A DNA stretch of 64,000 nt from Spirochaetia bacterium (lineage in GTDB: Bacteria > Spirochaetota > Spirochaetia > SZUA-6 > Bin103): contig CBDBOV010000005.1 of the NCBI GenBank assembly GCA_965208575.1, forward strand, positions 1,197,092 to 1,261,091. The letters run 5' to 3'. This document shows positions 41,144 through 54,662 of the stretch, one piece after another. The position numbers were made by a program, and so were the translations under genes. The notes beneath the pieces are model-generated. The model saw only the letters and a list, made by a program, of their open reading frames with translations, was not told the DNA's origin and ran no database searches. Each line of letters begins with the position of its first letter. The stretch's first letter is position 1.

Positions 41144-41315
41144 CAGGTGCGCGCAGATGCCGCACGCTGGCCGAACTGGTATCGGCGTTCAAGTGCACAA
41201 TGCAATCTCCGGCCCGTGACCGGGTCGTGACCGAAAACCCCGGGCGTGCAGCCCCCGGACGTGCCCTCGCAAGCGGGTTCGGACTGCCCGTGTCGGCGGG
41301 CGGCTTGGTTGAGTA

Positions 41316-42302
41316 ATGCCGCCTCCGGCTGCGGTCGCCCTCGACAACCTCAATTTTCTGCGTGAACTGTGCGGTCCCAACGACCGCAATCTGCGCGCTT
41401 TCGAGGGTCTGCTCGGTTTTCCCGTGCGCAGTCGCGGCAACGAGGTGCTGCTTGACTGCGATGACCCGCTGCAACAGCGCCGGTTCGCCGCCATGCTGGA
41501 GTGGTTGCGCGAACAGGCGGCGGGCGGGCGCGTGATCGACCGCTTCGCCGTTGCCGCCGCCCACGACGCGGTGAGCGCGGCGCCGCCCGCCGCGGCCGCG
41601 GCGGCTCGGTTGCTGATTCCCGGCGGAGGCAGCCGTATCTACGCACGCGGCGCCACGCAGGCGCGCTACCTGGCGGCCATCGATCGCTATGAGATGGTGG
41701 TCGCGGTGGGGCCGGCCGGTACCGGCAAGACCTTTCTTGCCGTCGCGGCCGCGTTGCGGGCGGTGATCGGGCGCGAGAAGCGGCGACTGGTCCTGACCCG
41801 CCCGGTGGTGGAGGCGGGCGAGAGCCTCGGGTTCCTGCCGGGCGACCTGGCCCAGAAAATCGACCCCTATCTGCGCCCACTGTACGATGCCATGGACGCC
41901 CTGGTTCCCGGCGACACGCTGCGCCGCCTCGAAGAGACGAGGGCGATCGAAATCGCGCCCCTTGCCTACATGCGAGGGCGCACGCTCTCCGACAGCTACG
42001 TCATTCTCGACGAGGCGCAGAACACGACCCGCGAGCAGATGAAGATGTTTCTGACCCGGCTCGGCGAGGGTACACGGGCGGTGATCACCGGCGACATTAC
42101 CCAGATCGACCTGCCACGCCGGCACGATTCGGGTCTGGTGCACATCATGTCGGTGTTGTCTCCGGTGCGCGACATCTGCTTCGTCCGCCTCGGCCAGGAG
42201 GACGTAGTCCGTAGCGAGTTGGTGCGCAAGATCGTGCAGGCGTACGAGGATGCGGACCAGCCTCGCGAGCATGCCGGACGTCGGCCCCAAGCGGCTCCAT
42301 GA
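41316..42302 (+). CDS. phoH: PhoH family protein
   Basis: [46 protein letters not shown]. Confidence 0.95.
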   Translation: MPPPAAVALDNLNFLRELCGPNDRNLRAFEGLLGFPVRSRGNEVLLDCDDPLQQRRFAAMLEWLREQAAGGRVIDRFAVAAAHDAVSAAPPAAAAAARLLIPGGGSRIYARGATQARYLAAIDRYEMVVAVGPAGTGKTFLAVAAALRAVIGREKRRLVLTRPVVEAGESLGFLPGDLAQKIDPYLRPLYDAMDALVPGDTLRRLEETRAIEIAPLAYMRGRTLSDSYVILDEAQNTTREQMKMFLTRLGEGTRAVITGDITQIDLPRRHDSGLVHIMSVLSPVRDICFVRLGQEDVVRSELVRKIVQAYEDADQPREHAGRRPQAAP

Positions 42303-42904
42303 CGGTCGCCGACCCGGTGGTGGAAGTGCGTTGGGCCGAGCCCGGTGCGACCGATGGCGCCGCCGGTGCGGGAGCCGCGCTCGCCGACCTGCTCGAACGG
42401 TTCGGTCGCCGCGCGCTGCTGCACCTGAACTACCGCCTGGAAGTGTCGGTGCTGCTATGCGACGCGCGCTTGATGCAGGCGCTCAACACGCGCTACCGCG
42501 GCGTCGCCGCGCCGACCGACGTGCTGTCCTTCGCGCAGATGGAGGCGCCGCCGCCGCCCGCGGAGGAGCAGCCCCGCGGTGCCCGGTCCAAGAGAGCGGG
42601 CCCGCGCAGTTACGGTGCAGACTCACGCATCGCCGCGGCGCGCTGGCCGGGATGCGCGGGTCAGGCTACCGTGCCGGCGGTGGGAGACGTGGTGATCGCC
42701 ACCGACGTGGCCGCCGGCCAGGCAGCCGCCCGCGGCGAGCCGGCCGAGCGGGAATTGTGCCGCTTGCTGTTGCATGGCATGTTGCACCTCGTGGGCATGG
42801 ACCACGCCGACCCTCCGCGCGAATGCGAGCCGATGCTGCAATTGCAGGAGCGGACGCTGCACGGCCTGCTCGGAGACGTGGCGCCAACCACACGACAGGA
42901 TTAA
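42299..42904 (+). CDS. ybeY: rRNA maturation endoribonuclease YbeY
   Basis: LN.RYRG...[23 protein letters not shown]. Has a ~45-aa loop insertion. Confidence 0.9.
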   Translation: MTVADPVVEVRWAEPGATDGAAGAGAALADLLERFGRRALLHLNYRLEVSVLLCDARLMQALNTRYRGVAAPTDVLSFAQMEAPPPPAEEQPRGARSKRAGPRSYGADSRIAAARWPGCAGQATVPAVGDVVIATDVAAGQAAARGEPAERELCRLLLHGMLHLVGMDHADPPRECEPMLQLQERTLHGLLGDVAPTTRQD

Positions 42905-42914
42905 GGAGATCGCG

Positions 42915-43727
42915 ATGGGTTTCCTGGAAAAGCTGCTCGGCAGGGCAGATCAGGACGACGATGACCTAGCCAACCTCGACGGCGCCGCCAAGGAGATGAT
43001 CCAGGGCGTCGTCGAGCTTTCGCACAGTACGGTGAAGGAGATCATGGTGCCGCGCCCGGACGTGATTTCGGTGCCGCTCGATGTGCCCGCCGACACGCTT
43101 CTGGAACGGGTAGCGCAGAGCGGCCACTCGAGGCTGCCGGTGTATCACCAGAACATGGACAACATCGTCGGCGTGGTGTATGCCAAGGATCTGCTGCGCG
43201 CCCAGGTCTCGGCGGCCGGCGAGCCGGCCGGGGAAGCGGTGCTCGACCGCATCATGCGGCGGCCCTACTTCGTCCCCGAGACCAAGAAGGTCGACCAGCT
43301 CCTGCGCGAGTTCCAACTGCGCCGCGTGCACATTGCGGTGGTGGTGGACGAATATGGCGGCACGTCGGGAATCGTGTGCCTCGAAGACGTGATCGAAGAG
43401 ATCGTCGGCGACATTCAGGATGAGTTCGACGACGAGGCGGAGGAGATCCTCAAGATCGGCGAGGGCGTCTACCTGTGCGATGCCCGCGTTCGCCTCGACG
43501 AGTTGAACGAGTATGGCGGGTTCGATCTGCCGGCGAACAGCTTCGAGACCCTCGGCGGATTCGTGTTCGACCTGTTCGGAAAGATACCGGTGAAGTACGA
43601 AAAAGAGCGCTACGGCAGGGCCGATTTCGTCATTCAGCAGATGGAGGGAAACCGCATCTCCAGCGTCAAGATCGTGAGCCGCCGCGAGTCTCCGGCCGCG
43701 GGCGGCGGCGAACACACAGCGGACTAG
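42915..43727 (+). CDS. tlyC: CBS/CorC-domain hemolysin-family protein (TlyC/CorC)
   Basis: VKEIMVPR, SGHSRLPVY, VVDEYGGTSG..LEDVIEEIVGDIQDEFD, ETLGG. AAGGAG RBS. Confidence 0.88.
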   Translation: MGFLEKLLGRADQDDDDLANLDGAAKEMIQGVVELSHSTVKEIMVPRPDVISVPLDVPADTLLERVAQSGHSRLPVYHQNMDNIVGVVYAKDLLRAQVSAAGEPAGEAVLDRIMRRPYFVPETKKVDQLLREFQLRRVHIAVVVDEYGGTSGIVCLEDVIEEIVGDIQDEFDDEAEEILKIGEGVYLCDARVRLDELNEYGGFDLPANSFETLGGFVFDLFGKIPVKYEKERYGRADFVIQQMEGNRISSVKIVSRRESPAAGGGEHTAD

Positions 43728-43737
43728 GGAGGACGGG

Positions 43738-44922
43738 TTGCACGGCATTCGCAGCATGGGGGCGCTCGACCTGGCCGGGCGCCGGGTGCTGACCCGCGTC
43801 GACTTCAACGTACCTCTTGCCGGTGGTGCGGTAGCCGACGATACGCGCATCCGCGCCGCGCTGCCCACCATCCGGGCCATTCTCGCAGCGCCGGACGCGA
43901 GCGTGGTGCTGATGAGCCACCTTGGCCGCCCCAATGGCGTGCGCCGGCCCGAACTCGGCCTGGCGCCGGCGGCTGAACGCCTGGCCGCGCTGCTGGAACG
44001 GCCGGTGCAGATGGCGCCCGACTGCGTCGGGCCGGAGGTGGAGCGCCGCGCGGCGTCCCTGGCTCCCGGCGCCATCCTGCTGCTGGAGAATCTGCGCTTT
44101 CACGCCGGCGAGGAAGTCGGCGACGAGGCATTCGCCCGCCAGCTCGCCGCCCTTGGCGATGCGTACGTGAACGACGCGTTCGGCGCCGCGCACCGCGCGC
44201 ATGCCTCCACCGCCACGGTCGCCCGGTACCTGCCATCCGGCGCCGGCCTGCTGATGGAGCGGGAGGTGGCCGCGCTCGGCAACCTTCTGGCGGCGCCCCG
44301 GCGGCCGTTCGTGGCGATCGTCGGCGGTGCCAAGGTGTCGTCCAAGGTGGCGGTGCTGGACAACCTGCTGCCGAAGGTGGACACGCTGCTGATCGGCGGC
44401 GCCATGGCCTACACGTTCCTCGCCGCGCGCGGTACCGCGGTCGGCAACTCGCTGGTCGAGCAGGAACTGGTCGCCGCCGCCGGAGCGCTGTTGGAGCGCG
44501 CCGGCGAGCTCGGCGTGCGGCTGCTGCTGCCCTGCGACCACGTCACGGCCGCCGCGCTGGCGGACGACGCCGAGCGCGGGGAGACCGAAGGCGCCGATAT
44601 TCCCGCCGGCGCCATCGGTGTCGATATCGGCCCGCGCACCGTGGCGGCGTTCGGCGCGGCGATCGCGGACGCCGGCACCGTGATGTGGAACGGGCCGATG
44701 GGCGTGTTCGAGGTGGCGCCGTTCGCCGCCGGCACGTTTGCCGTGGCCGAGGCGGTGGCCGCGTGCGGCGGCACCACCGTGGTGGGCGGCGGCGACTCGG
44801 TGGCGGCGATCAACGCCGCCGGCGTCGCCGACCGGATTTCGCACGTATCGACCGGCGGCGGCGCCTCCCTGGAGCTGCTGGAGGGCCGGGAGCTGCCCGG
44901 CGTCGCCGCCCTTCGGGAGTAA
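43738..44922 (+). CDS. pgk: Phosphoglycerate kinase
   Basis: RVDFNVPL, SHLGRP, LLENLRF, NDAFGAAHRAHAS, GGAKVSSK, WNGPMGVFE, STGGGASLELLEG. Confidence 0.98.
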   Translation: MHGIRSMGALDLAGRRVLTRVDFNVPLAGGAVADDTRIRAALPTIRAILAAPDASVVLMSHLGRPNGVRRPELGLAPAAERLAALLERPVQMAPDCVGPEVERRAASLAPGAILLLENLRFHAGEEVGDEAFARQLAALGDAYVNDAFGAAHRAHASTATVARYLPSGAGLLMEREVAALGNLLAAPRRPFVAIVGGAKVSSKVAVLDNLLPKVDTLLIGGAMAYTFLAARGTAVGNSLVEQELVAAAGALLERAGELGVRLLLPCDHVTAAALADDAERGETEGADIPAGAIGVDIGPRTVAAFGAAIADAGTVMWNGPMGVFEVAPFAAGTFAVAEAVAACGGTTVVGGGDSVAAINAAGVADRISHVSTGGGASLELLEGRELPGVAALRE

Positions 44923-44932
44923 CAACGGGAAC

Positions 44933-45709
44933 ATGACATCCGCAACGAGCAATCGCGCACCGTTCATCGCCGGCAACTGGAAGATGCACTTCACCCATAC
45001 GGAGGCGGCGGCACTCGCCGCCGGGCTCGCCACCCGACTCGGCGCCTGCCCCGGCATCCGCGTGATGGTGGCGCCGCCGTTCACCGCCCTGCAGGCGGCG
45101 GCGGAAGCGCTGCGCGGCTCCGCCATCGAGCTGGGGGCGCAGAACGTGAGTCCGGCCGCCGCCGGCGCCCACACCGGAGAGGTGGCGTGCGAAATGCTGG
45201 CGGCGCTGGGCGTCGGCGTCGTGATCGTCGGCCACTCGGAGCGCCGCCACGTGTATGGCGAGGACGATGCGCTGATCGCGCGCAAGCTGCGCGCGGTGCT
45301 GGACGCCGGCTTGGAGGCGATACTGTGCGTCGGCGAGACGCTCGCCGAGCGCGAGGCGGACGCGGCCGCTGCGGTGGTGGCGCGCCAGTTGCGCGCCGCC
45401 CTCGGCAACTGCTCCGCCGCCGACCTGGACCGCGTTGTCGTAGCCTACGAGCCGGTGTGGGCGATCGGCACGGGCCGTACCGCGTCGGTGGCGGACGCCG
45501 ACGCCATGCACCGCGAAGTGCGCGCCACGGTCGCCGAAGTGGCCGGGGCGCCGGCGGCCGACGCCCTGGTGGTGCAGTACGGCGGCTCGGTTAAGCCGGA
45601 CAACGCCGGCGAGCTGCTGGCCAGTGCGCAGGTGGACGGCCTGCTGGTGGGCGGTGCGTCGCTGGAAGTGGACAGCTTTGCCCGCATTGCCGCCGCCGGC
45701 TCGAGTTGA
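44933..45709 (+). CDS. tpiA: Triosephosphate isomerase
   Basis: AGNWKM, GHSERR, AYEPVWAIGTG, YGGSVKP, LVGGASL. Confidence 0.98.
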   Translation: MTSATSNRAPFIAGNWKMHFTHTEAAALAAGLATRLGACPGIRVMVAPPFTALQAAAEALRGSAIELGAQNVSPAAAGAHTGEVACEMLAALGVGVVIVGHSERRHVYGEDDALIARKLRAVLDAGLEAILCVGETLAEREADAAAAVVARQLRAALGNCSAADLDRVVVAYEPVWAIGTGRTASVADADAMHREVRATVAEVAGAPAADALVVQYGGSVKPDNAGELLASAQVDGLLVGGASLEVDSFARIAAAGSS

Positions 45710-45818
45710 ACCGGCGCCACGGGTCGTGCGCCCGCGGGCCGTTGATTCGCGCCCTGCCTAGTGAGTATAGTTGGCGCGGACTGCGCCGCTCTCGCGCGCC
45801 GCTGATCCTTCGAATGTC

Positions 45819-46292
45819 ATGGCAATAGTCTCGATTCTCATCCTCGTCGTGTTCGTCGTGAGCGCGCTGCTGCTGATGGCGGTCGTGCTCATTCAGGACG
45901 ATCAGGGCGGCGGCATCGGCGCGATGTTCGGCGGTGGAGCCGGCACCCCGTTCGGTGCGCGAACCGGCAACGTAATGACCCGACTCACCTCCATTCTGGC
46001 GGTGATTTTTCTGGCCGCGGCGTTCACCCTGGCGTGGATGAATCGCACCCCCGACGCCGGCAACGTGATCGGCCGCGCGCGTGCGGAACGCATGCGCAGC
46101 ATGGACCGCACCGACTGGTGGGTAGCGGCGCCGGCGCCCGAAGTGCTCACCGAAGAAGCCCCGGCGGCGGTCGACGCGAGTCCGCCCGCCGTCGAGGGCG
46201 AGTCGACTGCGGAGCCGGTGGAGGCGGCCGCGCCCGCCGATGCGGAGGGCGAACCCGCGAAGGAGGAGGCCGCCGCCGAGGGTGGTGGTTAG
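45819..46292 (+). CDS. secG: Preprotein translocase subunit SecG with acidic C-terminal tail
   Basis: TM helix, VLIQ..QGGGIG.MFGG..FG.R.GN.MTRLT, second TM helix. Located after tpiA. Confidence 0.9.
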   Translation: MAIVSILILVVFVVSALLLMAVVLIQDDQGGGIGAMFGGGAGTPFGARTGNVMTRLTSILAVIFLAAAFTLAWMNRTPDAGNVIGRARAERMRSMDRTDWWVAAPAPEVLTEEAPAAVDASPPAVEGESTAEPVEAAAPADAEGEPAKEEAAAEGGG

Positions 46293-46367
46293 GCAGCCCG
46301 TGGTAAGACTCCGGTTGCAATCGAGCGGCGATCCATCCCCGCTTCCGCGACGGGCTGCCCGGCAGCG

Positions 46368-47312
46368 ATGAAGGTCGTTCTGCTGATCGTGGCGGCCGTT
46401 GCCGTTCTGGTGCTCGGCAACCTGCTGGTGCCGGTCCCACGCGCGGCCATCGAGGTGGCCGCCGAACCGATCGGTCTCGGACTGGTCACCAATGCGATGC
46501 TCACCTCGTTCATCCTCAGCGCCGTCATCCTCATGGTGGCGTGGGTGGTCGGGCGCAAGCTGAAGTTGCGTCCCGGCGGCCTGCAGAACGTGGTCGAGGC
46601 GCTGATCGAGGCGCTCGACAACCTGGTCAGCCAGACCGCCACGCGTACCTGGGCGCCGCGCTTCTTCCCGATCTGCAGTACCATCTTCATCTTCCTGCTG
46701 ATATCGAACTGGTTCGGGATTCTGGGCCCGGCTCTCGGCAGCGTCGGCATCATTCATGCCAGTGATCACGGCACGCTGAGCGCCGGAGACATCACCTTTC
46801 TGCGCGGCAGCGCAGAACAGGTGCTGGCCGACTACGCCGCCAAGTCCGGCGGTGATGCCCACCACGGAGCGGACGAGGCCAGATTCGTCATCGTGCCGCT
46901 GCTGCGCGCCCCGAGCAGCGACCTCAACCTGACCCTGACGCTGGCCCTGATCACCATGTTCCTGGTGCAGGTCTTCGGGTTCTGGAGCCGCGGAGTGGGC
47001 TATGTCGGGCAGTTCCTGCGCTTCAAGAGTCTCAAGACCAAGGGCTTCGGGATGGGCTTGGTGGATGTCTTCGTCGGCCTGTTCGAAGGCTTGAGCGAGT
47101 TCGCCAAGGTGATCTCGTTCTCGTTCCGCCTGTTCGGCAACATCTTCGCCGGCGAGGTGATCCTGATCGTGATTACCAGCCTGGTATCGCTGGTCCTGGT
47201 GGTCGTGTTCTTCGGGCTGGAGATGTTCGTCGGCCTGATCCAGGCGTTCGTGTTCTTCATCCTTTCGCTGGCGTTCTTCCACCTGGCGACCGAGCACCAT
47301 GAGGACCACTGA
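46368..47312 (+). CDS. atpB: F0F1 ATP synthase subunit a
   Basis: GLQNVVE, IFLLISNWFG, PLLRAPSSDLNLTL, SFSFRLFGNIFAGE, EMFVGLIQAFVF. Confidence 0.96.
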   Translation: MKVVLLIVAAVAVLVLGNLLVPVPRAAIEVAAEPIGLGLVTNAMLTSFILSAVILMVAWVVGRKLKLRPGGLQNVVEALIEALDNLVSQTATRTWAPRFFPICSTIFIFLLISNWFGILGPALGSVGIIHASDHGTLSAGDITFLRGSAEQVLADYAAKSGGDAHHGADEARFVIVPLLRAPSSDLNLTLTLALITMFLVQVFGFWSRGVGYVGQFLRFKSLKTKGFGMGLVDVFVGLFEGLSEFAKVISFSFRLFGNIFAGEVILIVITSLVSLVLVVVFFGLEMFVGLIQAFVFFILSLAFFHLATEHHEDH

Positions 47313-47334
47313 CGACCAGGCGCGCAGCAAATGA

Positions 47335-47625
<291 letters not shown>

Positions 47626-47640
47626 GTCCAAGAGGCTACC

Positions 47641-48141
47641 GTGGAAGCTCTCGGCATCTCTCTGCCCGGGTTGATCGCGTATGCGGTCAACTTCGCGATC
47701 CTGGTGGTGCTGCTGCGCGTATTGCTCTACAAGCCGGTCAAGCAGCTTCTGGAGAACCGCAAGCAGCGCATCGCCGAGGGGCTTGACGCGGCCGAGCGCG
47801 CCGCCGCCGACGCCGCCGAGCAGCGCGGCAGGTTCGAGCGGGAACTGGAGGAAGCGCGCGGCAGCGCGCAGGCGGAAGCCGCCAAGCTCGCCCAGCAGGC
47901 CGAGCAGGTGCGCCACGAGGTGCTGCAGGCCGCAGAACAGGAAGCCGCCGAGATCAAGGAGCGCGCCCGCGAGGAAATCGAGCAGGAGCGCCGGCAGGCG
48001 GAGGCCGAGCTGGAGCGGCAGGCCGCGGACCTGGCGATGGCGATCTCCCGCAAGGTGGTGGGCGCGGCGCTCGACCAGGCGGCGCAGCGGCGCCTGGTAG
48101 ATCAGTTCGTGAGTGATCTGGGCAGCGGGGAGCGCCGGTGA
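47641..48141 (+). CDS. atpF: F0F1 ATP synthase subunit b
   Basis: N-terminal TM ..NF.IL..LL...YKP...L..RK..I followed by a coiled coil. Confidence 0.95.
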   Translation: MEALGISLPGLIAYAVNFAILVVLLRVLLYKPVKQLLENRKQRIAEGLDAAERAAADAAEQRGRFERELEEARGSAQAEAAKLAQQAEQVRHEVLQAAEQEAAEIKERAREEIEQERRQAEAELERQAADLAMAISRKVVGAALDQAAQRRLVDQFVSDLGSGERR

Positions 48142-48656
48142 CCGACGCCCGCAGCTACGCCCTGGCGGCATTCGCGACCGCGGTGGAGCCGTGGATCGAC
48201 GCCCTGCGCAGCGTGCACGGCAAGCTGCACGGAGACGCCGAGATGCTGGCGCGGCTGTCCGACAAGGGCGCCGCCTTCGATCACCGCCGTCGGCAGCTCC
48301 GGGAGCTGCTGCCCGAGTCGGCGAGCGCCGAGTGCGGCAATTTCCTCCTCACCCTGATGGAGCGCGGCGACCTGGGGCAATTGGCGGCTATCGTCGACTG
48401 GATGGGCTCCATGGCCAGCAACGGCCCGCAGGCGCGCATGGCGATCGTTACCACCGCCTACCCCCTGGACGGCGACCAGCGGCGTCGCTTCGTCGCCACC
48501 CTGAAACAGACCCACGGAGCCGACCTCGGCGTGTCATTCGCCGTGGACTCCGCGATCGTGGGCGGCGTGGTGGTGCGCATCGGCGACCAGATTGTCGACG
48601 GCAGCGTCCGAACCAGGCTGGAGGCGATCGACGGCGCCCTGGCCCGCGGCGAGTAG
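48138..48656 (+). CDS. atpH: F1 ATP synthase subunit delta
   Basis: ARSYALA, VTTAYPL, VDSAIVGGVVVRIGDQIVDGSVRTRL. Confidence 0.93.
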   Translation: MTDARSYALAAFATAVEPWIDALRSVHGKLHGDAEMLARLSDKGAAFDHRRRQLRELLPESASAECGNFLLTLMERGDLGQLAAIVDWMGSMASNGPQARMAIVTTAYPLDGDQRRRFVATLKQTHGADLGVSFAVDSAIVGGVVVRIGDQIVDGSVRTRLEAIDGALARGE

Positions 48657-48693
48657 CCCGGGACAACCGTGACGAGGAGAACGATGACAGACG

Positions 48694-50295
48694 ATGTACG
48701 GTCCTGCCGCCGGCGGGCCCGACGGCAGCGCCGGGCGGACCGCCGTGCCTGACGAGCGTGGCGGAGCGAGTTTCAAGCTCGACCGGATCACCAGCGAGAT
48801 TCGCCGGCGAATCGAGCGCTTCGAGGCGCCGCTGGAGGCCAGTGAAGTCGGCACGGTGCTGTCGGTAGGCGACGGCATCGCCCGCATCAGCGGGCTGTCG
48901 GGAGTGATGGCCACCGAGCTCCTGGAGTTCCCCGGCGGCGTGCAGGGTATTGCCCTCAACCTGGAGCCGGACGTGGTGGGAGCGGTAATCGTCGGCGAGT
49001 ACGCCCACATCGAAGAGGGAGCGCTGGTCAAGGGCACCGGGCGTATCGCGTCGATTCCGGTCAGCGACGACCTGATCGGGCGCGTGGTAAACGCCAACGG
49101 CGTCCCGGTGGATGGGCAAGGCCCGATCCGCGCCACCGCGACCATGGCGATCGAGCGGGTTGCGCCGGGCGTGGTGGAGCGCGTCAACGTGGACACGCCG
49201 GTGCAGACCGGCATCAAGGCGATCGACTCGATGACCCCGATCGGCCGCGGCCAGCGCCAACTCGTGATCGGCGACCGCCAGACCGGCAAGACCGCGCTCG
49301 CGGTCGACACCATCATCAACCAGAAGGGCAAGGATCTGATCTGCGTGTACGTGGCCATTGGCCAGCGCCAGGGTCAGATCGCGCAGGTGGTGGCCACGCT
49401 GCGCGAACATGACGCCATGGAGCACACCATCGTGGTGGTGGCCGGGGCAGCCGATTCGGCGCCGCAGCAGTACGTCGCCCCGTACGCCGGCTGCGCCATC
49501 GGCGAGTACTTCATGGAGCAGGGCAGGGACGTGCTGGTGGTGTACGACGACCTGAGCAAGCACGCCTGGGCATACCGGCAGATCTCGCTGCTGCTGCGCC
49601 GGCCGCCCGGCCGCGAGGCGTATCCGGGCGACGTGTTCTACCTGCACTCGCGCCTGCTGGAACGGGCCGCGCGGCTGTCGCCCGAGCGCGGCGGCGGATC
49701 GCTCACCGCGCTGCCGATCATCGAGACCCTGGCCGGCGACGTGAGCGCGTACATCCCCACCAACGTCATCTCGATCACCGATGGGCAGATCTACCTGGAG
49801 TCGGACCTGTTTTACGCCGGCCAACGCCCGGCCGTGAACGTGGGCCTGTCGGTGTCCCGGGTCGGCGGCGACGCCCAGACCAGGGCGATGAAGCAGGTGG
49901 CCGGGCAGTTGCGGCTCGACCTTGCGCAGTACTACGCGTTGGCGGCGTTCGCACAGTTCGGCTCCGACCTGGACCAGACCACGCGCGGCCAACTGGAACG
50001 CGGTCAGCGCCTTACCGAGCTGCTCAAGCAGCCGCAGTACCGGCCGCAGGAGCTGGCCCACCAGGTGATCGGCATCTTCGCCCTGACCCGGGGCTTTGCC
50101 AACGGCGTGCCGGCAAGCGCTATCTCCGGCTACGCGGACGGCCTGGTTGCGCACATCGCGGGCACGCAACCGGCGATCATTCGCGGCATCGATGCCGAGC
50201 TGCAGCTTACCGAAGAAATCGAGGCGAGCCTGTCCGCCGCCGTGCGGCAATACACGCGGCAGGCCGGCTACGAGGTGACGGAGGGCCAGGCCTAG
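48694..50295 (+). CDS. atpA: F1 ATP synthase subunit alpha
   Basis: [52 protein letters not shown]. Start may be GTG 48745. Confidence 0.98.
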   Translation: MYGPAAGGPDGSAGRTAVPDERGGASFKLDRITSEIRRRIERFEAPLEASEVGTVLSVGDGIARISGLSGVMATELLEFPGGVQGIALNLEPDVVGAVIVGEYAHIEEGALVKGTGRIASIPVSDDLIGRVVNANGVPVDGQGPIRATATMAIERVAPGVVERVNVDTPVQTGIKAIDSMTPIGRGQRQLVIGDRQTGKTALAVDTIINQKGKDLICVYVAIGQRQGQIAQVVATLREHDAMEHTIVVVAGAADSAPQQYVAPYAGCAIGEYFMEQGRDVLVVYDDLSKHAWAYRQISLLLRRPPGREAYPGDVFYLHSRLLERAARLSPERGGGSLTALPIIETLAGDVSAYIPTNVISITDGQIYLESDLFYAGQRPAVNVGLSVSRVGGDAQTRAMKQVAGQLRLDLAQYYALAAFAQFGSDLDQTTRGQLERGQRLTELLKQPQYRPQELAHQVIGIFALTRGFANGVPASAISGYADGLVAHIAGTQPAIIRGIDAELQLTEEIEASLSAAVRQYTRQAGYEVTEGQA

Positions 50296-50314
50296 CGCCT
50301 GGCAGACCGCAGCC

Positions 50315-52712
<2,398 letters not shown>

Positions 52713-52713
52713 C

Positions 52714-53205
52714 GTGAGCGCGCCAGGTCACTCCGATTCGGAGCCAGCGGAGGCCACCGGCGCGGGTGCGCGGGCGGCGGGCGGCGGGCGTCTGCGCCTG
52801 GAGATTCTGACCATTGAGCGCCTGTTGTTCGACGAGCAGGTGAGCATGGTGATCGCTCCCGGCGCGGACGGTATGCTCGGCATACTGCCGCACCATCAGG
52901 CGATGCTTACCGTGTTGCAGCATGGCGAGCTGGTGATTCGGATCGACGGACAGAACGACCGGTACATGGCGATCGGCGGCGGCGTGATGCAGGTTCTGCC
53001 CGACCACGTGGTGGTCCTCGCCGATCATGCCGAACATGCTGACGAGATCGATCTGGCGCGTGCCGAGGAGGCTCACCAGCGGGCGCTGGAGTCGATGGAG
53101 CGCGGCGCAGGCGACCTTGAACTCGGGCATGCGCGTGAGGCTCTGCGCCACTCCGCGGTGCGCCTCGCCGTCGCGCGGCGCCACCACGGCCGCATGCCGC
53201 GCTGA
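52714..53205 (+). CDS. atpC: F1 ATP synthase subunit epsilon
   Basis: LEILTIER, PGADGMLGILPHH, GGGVMQV, EIDLARAEEA. Confidence 0.95.
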   Translation: MSAPGHSDSEPAEATGAGARAAGGGRLRLEILTIERLLFDEQVSMVIAPGADGMLGILPHHQAMLTVLQHGELVIRIDGQNDRYMAIGGGVMQVLPDHVVVLADHAEHADEIDLARAEEAHQRALESMERGAGDLELGHAREALRHSAVRLAVARRHHGRMPR

Positions 53206-53253
53206 CGGTTCGGCCCGCGTTCACCGAACTCGGCGCCGAGCTTCACGGAATTG

Positions 53254-54555
53254 CTACCAGCCGCCCGCGCTCTGCGACGCTCCGCCAGCGGTCGGCGGCT
53301 CCAGTTCCAACAGCAACAGCCACAGTTGGTTCGCGCGCCGAAACAACACCGCCAGCGTGCCTCCCGCGCGCAGCGCACGCGCGTCCTGCACCGGTTCGCT
53401 GCCGCGTGCCAGGATCAGCTTCCGGTATGCCCCCCCGGCGCCCGGCGTCACCAGCGAGAGGTGGTACTCCGGCTCGCCGGCGTCACCAAGCGCAAGTTCC
53501 GAGAACAGGACCGTAAGCGCCGGCACGACAGCATCGGTTTCGCCGCGGTCCGGGAACGCCGCGAGCGCATGCACCTCGCGCGCCAGGGTGATCTTGCGCT
53601 CCGATACGATGGCGCCGCCGTGGTCCACCGTGACGGCAACGATTTCGTGTGCGCCCCGCGCGGCGCCGTCGCTGGACTCCAGCGCCGTGCGGTCGTCACG
53701 CACGTAGGTCACCACGAGTAGCTCCTGGGAGCCACATGCCACCGACAACGGCGGCGGCGGCAATTCCGGTTCGCGTCCGGGAAGGTCGACGCGCAGATCG
53801 TCGCGGCCATCTTCCACCACCAGCAGTCCGCCGTGGTCGAACATCGAGAAGCCGTGCCGGCCGGCGCAGTGGTAGGGGCTGAGCGCAGGGCCGGGCGCTT
53901 CGGGCGCGCCGGTGGGCGCCGCGTCCGCGGGCAGCGACCGGTCGCCGGCATGGATCGGGGTCGACTGGTCCTCCAGCAGCGCGGGACGGACGTCGAATGA
54001 TCGTATCGCCTCCTCGTCCTGTTCACCGAGCAGGCCGAACAGCGTGAACCCGGCCGGTTCGAAGTCCGAAGCGGGACCGGGCAGCACCCCTACCGGCACG
54101 ACCGGTTCCGGCAGCAGGTCGACAGTCCACGGCTCGGCACTGTCCACCGGGCGGTGGATCCACTTGGTGACGCGTGCATCGGCAAGTTCCTGGTCGGTGT
54201 ATAACAGGTGTTCGATCCCGTCGTGCTGCAGGAACGCATGGCGTCCGAAGTAGGGATTGATACCCGGCACGAGATCGACGCGGTCGATGGTCACCACTTC
54301 GTCCGCGTGTGCCCGCGGAGCGGCCAGCGAGCCGCGCGCCAGGCGCAGGGTCAGGTCGGCCGCGTCGGCGTATACCGCAATCCACTGGCCTCCGGCAGCC
54401 GACTCCTGCAGCGAGTAGAACGGCGGTGCGTGTTCGGCGAGCAACACGCTCTCGGGCAGCGCCAGGATCGGCGAGGGCGAGGCGGGCGCCTCCGGCTTCG
54501 CGCAGGTCGACAGCGCGGCCAGCACGCCGAACAGCATAGCCGTGCGCACCGCCAT
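53254..54555 (-). CDS. Hypothetical lipoprotein, beta-rich
   Basis: Signal peptide MAVRTAMLFGVLAALSTC. Long acidic beta-strand-rich ORF with typical codon usage. Confidence 0.65.
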   Translation of the reverse strand: MAVRTAMLFGVLAALSTCAKPEAPASPSPILALPESVLLAEHAPPFYSLQESAAGGQWIAVYADAADLTLRLARGSLAAPRAHADEVVTIDRVDLVPGINPYFGRHAFLQHDGIEHLLYTDQELADARVTKWIHRPVDSAEPWTVDLLPEPVVPVGVLPGPASDFEPAGFTLFGLLGEQDEEAIRSFDVRPALLEDQSTPIHAGDRSLPADAAPTGAPEAPGPALSPYHCAGRHGFSMFDHGGLLVVEDGRDDLRVDLPGREPELPPPPLSVACGSQELLVVTYVRDDRTALESSDGAARGAHEIVAVTVDHGGAIVSERKITLAREVHALAAFPDRGETDAVVPALTVLFSELALGDAGEPEYHLSLVTPGAGGAYRKLILARGSEPVQDARALRAGGTLAVLFRRANQLWLLLLELEPPTAGGASQSAGGW

Positions 54556-54662
54556 GCGCCGCCAGACCGGGACGAAGAGGCGGCCCGCGTGCCGCTCACC
54601 GGCCGTTGACCGCGCGATTCGCCGCTCCCTATACTGCCTCAAGTGCCGACAACTCCTTGCAT

